Shown piece by piece: positions 57,994 through 64,000 of a stretch of 64,000 nt of DNA. This DNA comes from an uncultured Verrucomicrobiae bacterium (GTDB lineage: Bacteria > Verrucomicrobiota > Verrucomicrobiia > Chthoniobacterales > UBA10450), in assembly GCA_963801815.1 (NCBI GenBank), contig CAWDGJ010000002.1, positions 448,001 to 512,000 of the forward strand. Direction: 5' to 3'. The notes beneath the pieces are model-generated. The model made no database searches and had not been told where the DNA came from. It was given only the letters and a program-made list of their open reading frames with translations. The translations under genes and the position numbers were made by a program. The stretch's first letter is position 1, and each line of letters begins with the position of its first letter.

Positions 57994-58397
57994 TGTTCGC
58001 CGCGGGTAAAGGCCGGAAGATTTTTTACGCCAGCCAGCTTCAGCGCATCCATGACTTTCACGATAATTCCGAAGGACGCCTTTTTGTCCGCTTGCAAGGC
58101 CAGCGAACCTCGTCGCGTCTCGGACAAATTACGGACGGCGTTTTCCAAGTCCTCCACCGCGATAGGCTTCCCATCGAGTTTGATCTCATCGTTCTCGCTC
58201 ACCGTCAGAATCGCATGCTCGAGCTCGGCAGGGGCGGTCGTGGCCGTTTTCGATTCGGGCAGATTAATCTTCACCTCCGGCTGATCTTTTTTGAAGGTGG
58301 TCGACACGACGAAGAAGATCAGAAGGATCGTCAGAATATCGACGAGCGAGACGATAATGATGGAAGGTGCGCGGCGTTTGCGGACTGCGAATTTCAT
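57990..58397 (-). CDS. exbD: Biopolymer transport protein ExbD/TolR
   Basis: SLVDILTILLIFFVV, INLP, LQADK, VKVMD. Confidence 0.9.
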   Translation of the reverse strand: MKFAVRKRRAPSIIIVSLVDILTILLIFFVVSTTFKKDQPEVKINLPESKTATTAPAELEHAILTVSENDEIKLDGKPIAVEDLENAVRNLSETRRGSLALQADKKASFGIIVKVMDALKLAGVKNLPAFTRGEQ

Positions 58398-58414
58398 CGG
58401 ATGTCGATCTGGCC

Positions 58415-59134
58415 TCACGCCATCGGCGCGATCTCTGGAGTCGCCGGTTGGGCCGGCGTCATTGGTTGCGCTGGTATTTGAGGCTGTGCCTTTCGCGCGC
58501 CGGCGAGACGGTTGTAATAACACTTTGAAAGCAAATCGGTCACCAGCGATTCCATCTCCACCGAGAGCACTTCCACTTTTTTCGAAAAATAAACGAACGC
58601 AATCAGGCTCGGTACCGCAATTCCCAATCCGAATACGGTGCAGTTCAACGCTTCGGAAATTCCTCGCGCGATCATTTTCGGATCGGCCGAACCGGCGCTG
58701 ACGCCAAGGCTCGCGAAAACGTGCACCAAACCGGAAACGGTCCCGATCAACCCAATCAATGGCGCGATACCGATGATCACTTCCAACACCACCAGCCCGC
58801 GCTCCAACCGCACCATTTCATAGCGCGCTCGAGTTTGGACTGCTTCGACATTCTCCGAGCGCGGCCAGCGCAAATGCGCCAGGGCCACGCGCACGATTCG
58901 CGCGAGCGAGGAGGGGTCATGTTGCACGATGCGAAAGAGGTGTTCCGGACTCGCGCCCGGCGCCAGCCGTTCCATCTCCCCCTCAATCGTGAGCGGCAGC
59001 ACATTTTTCTCCCGAAGCGCCAGCGTCCGCAAAATAATCACCGTGAGCGAGACGATCGAACAAACCAGCAGCGGCCACATGAAGATGCCACCCTTGGTGA
59101 AAAATCCGGCAACGGTTTCAAACACGTTCGACAT
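58415..59134 (-). CDS. exbB: MotA/TolQ/ExbB proton channel
   Basis: GGIFMWPL, APLIGLIGTVSG, GISEALNCTVFGL.IAVP. Confidence 0.92.
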   Translation of the reverse strand: MSNVFETVAGFFTKGGIFMWPLLVCSIVSLTVIILRTLALREKNVLPLTIEGEMERLAPGASPEHLFRIVQHDPSSLARIVRVALAHLRWPRSENVEAVQTRARYEMVRLERGLVVLEVIIGIAPLIGLIGTVSGLVHVFASLGVSAGSADPKMIARGISEALNCTVFGLGIAVPSLIAFVYFSKKVEVLSVEMESLVTDLLSKCYYNRLAGARKAQPQIPAQPMTPAQPATPEIAPMA

Positions 59135-59142
59135 TTAAGAGA

Positions 59143-60111
59143 TCAGTTCGGAAACATGGTGAAAGTGATCTGCTCGTCCAAACCTTCCGGAGGCAGCGTG
59201 CTGGCTACATCTTCAGGTATCGGAGGCAATTGGATCTCCAAGATGGATTGGAGACACACGTTGGCAAACGATTCGTTCGAGGTGTTCTTTACGACCTTGA
59301 GATTCTTTACCCGGCCGCTCCGGTCGATTGAAAAGGCAACCTGCGCAGTGCCCAAGCTGATCAAATCCATCTTTTCGGGAACATACGCGTACCAGCGCGA
59401 GCCGATAGCGTCGAAAATCAGCTTTTCGTAACGGCCGAGCGGCGTTCCGACTGCATTCACCGATGAGATGCCACGATTCGAAATCGATCCCGCGGAGCGC
59501 GTGCGTTCCTTCATCGGCTGATAGATCGACTTCGGTTGCTGCGGTTTCGTCTGAACAGTGGGCTGCACCGTCGGGCGCGGCGTGGAGGTCAACATCGCTA
59601 ACTCGTCGTCCTTTGAAATTGGCGTCGGCTGCGGTGTGGACTGAGGAGTTGCGGAAGGTTGTGGTACGATACTCGGTTGGGGTTGTGCGCCTTCGTTCGG
59701 CAACGAATAAGGATGCGTGTCCAAATCAAAGTTCGGCCGGTCTTTCCCTTCCTGCGTAGGAACCGGCATATCTGCCGCCGCGGGAACCTGACTGGCCGCG
59801 ATCGAGTTCGCGTTCGATTCGAACGTCTTATCTTTGGGCGCCTCGGTTTGTTTTGATTCGTCGTTCGGCACGAACATCGCGCTCTTGGTGGGCGCCGGAG
59901 TCGAAAGATCGACAAACGAAAGCTCAACCGGTTTGTCCTCTACCGTCGAAAATGGCGAATAGAGCAGGCCGCCATAGACCGCCAGCGAATATCCGATCAC
60001 GAGATGGATCGCGAGCGCAACCAGGAGCGCCCAAAGAACCTTGCGCATCTCCTGTTTTCGTTCTCCCGCGTCGTCCGCCGAGTGGCCGATAATGAACTCC
60101 GCTGTAGTCAT
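59143..60111 (-). CDS. TonB/TolA-like energy transducer
   Basis: TM helix with a His (ALAIHL), Pro/Gln/Thr-rich linker, C-terminal domain (FSIDRSG.V...PPIP); in an operon with exbBD. Confidence 0.8.
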   Translation of the reverse strand: MTTAEFIIGHSADDAGERKQEMRKVLWALLVALAIHLVIGYSLAVYGGLLYSPFSTVEDKPVELSFVDLSTPAPTKSAMFVPNDESKQTEAPKDKTFESNANSIAASQVPAAADMPVPTQEGKDRPNFDLDTHPYSLPNEGAQPQPSIVPQPSATPQSTPQPTPISKDDELAMLTSTPRPTVQPTVQTKPQQPKSIYQPMKERTRSAGSISNRGISSVNAVGTPLGRYEKLIFDAIGSRWYAYVPEKMDLISLGTAQVAFSIDRSGRVKNLKVVKNTSNESFANVCLQSILEIQLPPIPEDVASTLPPEGLDEQITFTMFPN

Positions 60112-60129
60112 GAATTCAGAATCGAAACA

Positions 60130-61074
60130 TTATCGCACGCCCGAGATGGTGACAAACGGCCCACTCTTCCTCTTCCGCTGAGTCTTAATCCTTCTCTTAC
60201 TCTTACTCTTACTCTTCGTCTTCCGAGCGTGATGAAACAGGTATTGCTGGGCGTAGCCGCCATGGTTTCCAAAGTATTCCTCTGTGAACGTCCGCAGCCT
60301 CCCCGCGTTCAATCTTCGCGCCCGGGGGAAATACCTTTCCCTCAGCACCCGATCGATCCAGACGTCGATGGGAAAAGCGCGTAACCGCTCGTAGGCGAAA
60401 AGCATCACGCAATTAGCAACCTTTGCGCCCACGCCCGGCAGGTCGCACAATCGTGCCCGTAGATCGACGTCGGAAAACTCCGCCAGCTTCTCAAGATCGA
60501 GATCGCCCGACGCGATTCGTCGGGCTGTTGCCAGCAAGTTCTTCGCGCGATAGCCCAGACCGCATCCGCGCAATTTCTTCTCCGAGCTCGCTGCGATTCG
60601 TTGGGCGGTCGGAAATGCGTGAACGATGTGACCACTAATCTGCCGCGCCTCTCCAAAGCCTTCCCGCAGTTTCATCGAAATCTGTCGAATGTGCGCGACC
60701 TGTTTCATCGACGAGCAAATGAACGTCGCGAGACATTCCCATTTTGGCTGGCGAATGATTCGCAGGCCGTGGCAAAAATCGCGCGCGGCGTTCATTACCG
60801 GATCGCTTGGGAACGAAGCGCAAATTTCGGCAAGCGGATGATCGAGCGCGAAATAATGTGACACGATCGTCCTCAAACTTGACTGGTTTAAACAGTCAAG
60901 TTGCGGACTCCCGCCTGAGGCTTTAAGAGCATCGCCACTTTGTTCGACATAAACTGGCCGGTCTCCAATCAGGCCAACGAAGCCGGCGCCGGCCCTTGCC
61001 CAATGAAACACCTGTCCGGAATCGAGCGTCATTGCCACGTCAAAATCGAGCGCGGGAATTGTCGTAGACTTCAT
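60130..61074 (-). CDS. 8-oxoguanine DNA glycosylase (OGG1-like, HhH-GPD)
   Basis: TLDSGQVFHW, GLRIIRQ..WECL, GLGYRA, LPGVGAKVANC, FPIDVW, GYAQQYLF. Confidence 0.9.
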   Translation of the reverse strand: MKSTTIPALDFDVAMTLDSGQVFHWARAGAGFVGLIGDRPVYVEQSGDALKASGGSPQLDCLNQSSLRTIVSHYFALDHPLAEICASFPSDPVMNAARDFCHGLRIIRQPKWECLATFICSSMKQVAHIRQISMKLREGFGEARQISGHIVHAFPTAQRIAASSEKKLRGCGLGYRAKNLLATARRIASGDLDLEKLAEFSDVDLRARLCDLPGVGAKVANCVMLFAYERLRAFPIDVWIDRVLRERYFPRARRLNAGRLRTFTEEYFGNHGGYAQQYLFHHARKTKSKSKSKRRIKTQRKRKSGPFVTISGVR

Positions 61075-61202
61075 TGGTGGATCGAGCAGTCCCTTGCTCG
61101 ATGCTAAGATCTTGCGGCAAGGCCGCCATTAATTAACATCGCGCGACGGAGCGCGCGATCCACCTTGCACGTTCCCGAAATTCTGTCACCTAAATCGGCA
61201 AC

Positions 61203-62840
61203 ATGGACGCGCGCCTGGCGATCGATAGCGGAGTTCTGGTCCTTTACTTCGTCATCATCATTGGAATCGGCCTTTTCATGGGTCGAAAGGAAGAGAGCCT
61301 GTCCGATTTCGCGCTCGGCGGACGGCGCATTCCGTGGTGGGCAGTGCTCGCTTCACTGATTGCAGCTGAAACAAGCGCCGGCACATTTTTCGGAACGCCG
61401 GGCGAAGGCTACAGCCACCGCGATTACACCTACTTGCAGCTCGCCTTCGGCACGATCATCGGACGCATTCTAGTCAGTTACATTTTTATCAAGCCGTACT
61501 ACGACTATAAAGTTTACTCGATTTACGAATACCTGACCGCGCGCTTTGGCGTCGCGAGCAAGAACGCGGCGTCCGCGGTTTTTATGATCACGCGCCTGCT
61601 CGCGTCGGGCGCGCGGTTGTATGTGGCAGCCATCGCGCTCGCGCTCGCTTACGAAATGATCAGCGGCGTTCGCCCAAACCAGACACAAACTCTCTGGATT
61701 TATATCGGCGCCACCATTGCCATCGTCATTCTCACCGCCATTTACACCACGTTCGGTGGAATCAAGGCCGTCATCTGGACTGATCTCATTCAAGCCTCGA
61801 TCATGATTGGCAGCGCATTGATCGCGCTCGGCTTGCTTTACTCAGCCATCCCCGGCGGCTGGCAAGAGATCGTAGAACGCCATGGCCCGTTCAAGGTTTC
61901 AGATCTTATCGCCACCGGTCTCGATCCCGCCAGACATGGCTGGGACCAGATCAAAGGCATGTTCGAGAGTGAGTACACAATCTTTGCCGGCCTGATCGGC
62001 GCCGCGTTCATCACCATGGGCACACACGGCACAGATCAAGACATGGTGCAGCGCATGTTAACCGCCAAAGACATACGCCGCAGCCGCCGCTCACTCATCT
62101 GCTGCGCGTTGGCCGACGTTCCCATCGCCTTCACGTTCCTCAGCATCGGGTTGTTGCTCTGGGTTTATTATCAAGCCCACCCCGATCCGACACTGTCCAA
62201 GACCCCGAACGAAACGTTTTGCCACTTCATTCTCTATCAAATGCCAGTAGGTCTTCGCGGTTTGCTCCTCGCCGGAATTTTCGCCACCGCCATGGGTTCG
62301 CTCAGCACCGCGTTAAACGCGCTCGCCACCAGCTTCACTCGTGACTGGTATTCGCCTTACATCAATCCCGCGGCTACCGACGAACAGAGTTTGCGCGCGG
62401 TCCGCTGGGCCACGGTCTGGTTTTCCGTCCTGATGATCGTCGTTGCATCGACCACTGCTTATCTCGTCATCGTGCACCCCAACGTGCGCATCATTCCGAT
62501 CGTGCTCGGAATTTTCGGTTACACCTACGGCTCGCTCCTCGGTGTCTTTTTTGCGGGCATGCTGACCAGGACGCGCGGGAACGATCGCGGCAACATCATC
62601 GCCATGATTTGCGGTTTCATTGTCGTCGCCATCCTGAGCGGGTTGCCAAACAAGATCGCGGACCTGGTCGGCGCGAAACTTTACGAACAACCCAGCTGGC
62701 TTCCGGTGATGGAATTTCCCTGGTGGATTTGTTTCGGAACGATCGTCACTTTCTCCGTGGCGATTCTTTTCCGGACTGCCGTCGGAAACGGACCGGACAG
62801 CGTTAAAGAATTGACTGGCCAGAGCGCGCCAACTAATTGA
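61203..62840 (+). CDS. Sodium:solute symporter
   Basis: GGRRIPWW, SIYEYL..RFG, GGIKAVIWTD, GTDQDMVQRML, AMGSLSTALNA. Confidence 0.93.
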   Translation: MDARLAIDSGVLVLYFVIIIGIGLFMGRKEESLSDFALGGRRIPWWAVLASLIAAETSAGTFFGTPGEGYSHRDYTYLQLAFGTIIGRILVSYIFIKPYYDYKVYSIYEYLTARFGVASKNAASAVFMITRLLASGARLYVAAIALALAYEMISGVRPNQTQTLWIYIGATIAIVILTAIYTTFGGIKAVIWTDLIQASIMIGSALIALGLLYSAIPGGWQEIVERHGPFKVSDLIATGLDPARHGWDQIKGMFESEYTIFAGLIGAAFITMGTHGTDQDMVQRMLTAKDIRRSRRSLICCALADVPIAFTFLSIGLLLWVYYQAHPDPTLSKTPNETFCHFILYQMPVGLRGLLLAGIFATAMGSLSTALNALATSFTRDWYSPYINPAATDEQSLRAVRWATVWFSVLMIVVASTTAYLVIVHPNVRIIPIVLGIFGYTYGSLLGVFFAGMLTRTRGNDRGNIIAMICGFIVVAILSGLPNKIADLVGAKLYEQPSWLPVMEFPWWICFGTIVTFSVAILFRTAVGNGPDSVKELTGQSAPTN

Positions 62841-62882
62841 TTTGTAGCGGTATTTTTTCCGCACCTTCAACCACTGAATCTT

Positions 62883-63205
62883 ATGCACGTTGTGACTGAC
62901 AAATGTAATGGCTGCAAGTTTACCGACTGCGTAGAGGTGTGCCCCGTGGCCTGCTTCTACGAAATGGAAAAACAAGTGGTCATTCACGCGGACGACTGCA
63001 TCGATTGCACGGCATGCGTGGACGTGTGCCCTGTGCACGCGATCTATGCAGAGGCCGATGTTCCTTCGGAATTTGCCAAAGATACGTCGAGTTCAACACG
63101 ACCCAAGCCGCGCAGCTGAAGGATTCGGGCGCGCCGGCAATCACAACTAAGAAAGATGCCCTCCCTGGCGCGTTGGAGCGAAAAAAAGCCCTGGGCTATC
63201 CGTAA
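62883..63205 (+). CDS. 7Fe/8Fe ferredoxin (FdxA type); apparent frameshift at about 63085
   Basis: [15 protein letters not shown] and [13 protein letters not shown]; the C-terminus VEFN...ITTKKDALP lies in another frame. Confidence 0.9.
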
Positions 63206-63206
63206 T

Positions 63207-64000
63207 TCAAGCCTCTTTTCGAACCGGCGATTTATCGACGTCGAGTTTGATTTTCAACTCCCGCAACTGGCGCGGATCGACGTCGGCCGGAGACTGCGAC
63301 ATCAAATCCATTCCGCGATTATTTTTCGGGAACGCCATCACGTCGCGGATTGATTGGGCGCCGCAGATCAACATCACCAGACGATCGAGCCCGAGCGCGA
63401 TGCCGCCGTGCGGCGGCGCTCCAAGTCGGAACGCCCGGAGCAAATGTCCGAACATTGATTCCTGATCGGATGCGCTCACGCCAAGCGCCTCGAACATCTT
63501 GGCCTGCAACTGTGGCTCGTGAATTCGGATACTACCGCCACCAATCTCCACGCCGTTGAGCACAACGTCGTAAGCTTCCGCCCGGATCTCACCAAATTTT
63601 TTCGGGTCATCGAGCATCGCAACGTCCTCGGCTTTCGGACGCGTGAACGGATGGTGCATTGCGTTCCACTTATTTTCCTCGGCGCTGAACTGCAGTAGTG
63701 GAAAATCTGTCACCCAGAGAAAATCGAGGTCCGAGCCGGACAGGCGGTTGTCTGTTGTCTTTGAGTAGTTGCTGCATCTCGGCGATGCGCAATCGCAAGC
63801 GACCAAGCACCTCAGAAGCGATCTCCCATTTGTCAGCGCCAAATAGAATCAGATCGCCCTCCTCAATTCTCAATTTCGATTTCAGCGCGGCCTTCTCCGC
63901 ATCGCTAAAAAACTTCACGATTGGCGATTTCCATTCGCCACCCTCGACTTTGATAAACGCGAGGCCTTTCGCGCCAAACGTTTTTGCGATCTCGGTTAAC
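63207..64000 (-). CDS. aspS: Aspartate--tRNA ligase, 3' part; apparent frameshift at about 63750-63765
   Basis: [63 protein letters not shown]. Confidence 0.95.

Overview
Housekeeping-rich window with tightly packed genes. It probably comes from a Verrucomicrobiota (Chthoniobacterales / 'Ca. Udaeobacter'-like) soil bacterium; this is inferred from gene content and style, not from a database search. It holds proS (partial), rplM-rpsI, RNase P RNA, acnA, tRNA-His and tRNA-Arg(UCG), envelope and peptidoglycan genes, tatC, argH, folB, dciA, rpoN, an NtrC-type regulator, a CbiX/GAF/DR2241-like cluster, mrdA, uvrC, folD, ubiX, mtnP, miaB, dnaN-dnaA with a candidate oriC, def, exbD-exbB-tonB, an OGG1-like glycosylase, a sodium:solute symporter, a ferredoxin and aspS (partial). 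I saw no prophage, integrase, transposase or CRISPR array. Single-base frameshifts cluster at about 31-33 kb and 55-64 kb and hit essential genes, so they are probably sequencing indels. The most notable signals are four. (1) Several families of tiny palindromic or oligomer repeats occur both between genes and in frame inside uvrC, acnA, ogg and an amidohydrolase, and inside rnpB. (2) A pair of small secreted coiled-coil paralogs lies behind a candidate sigma-54 promoter, divergent from rpoN. (3) A lectin-like/GT-C/TPR fusion protein follows the tRNA pair. (4) An APC permease is coupled to an exported protein of unknown function.
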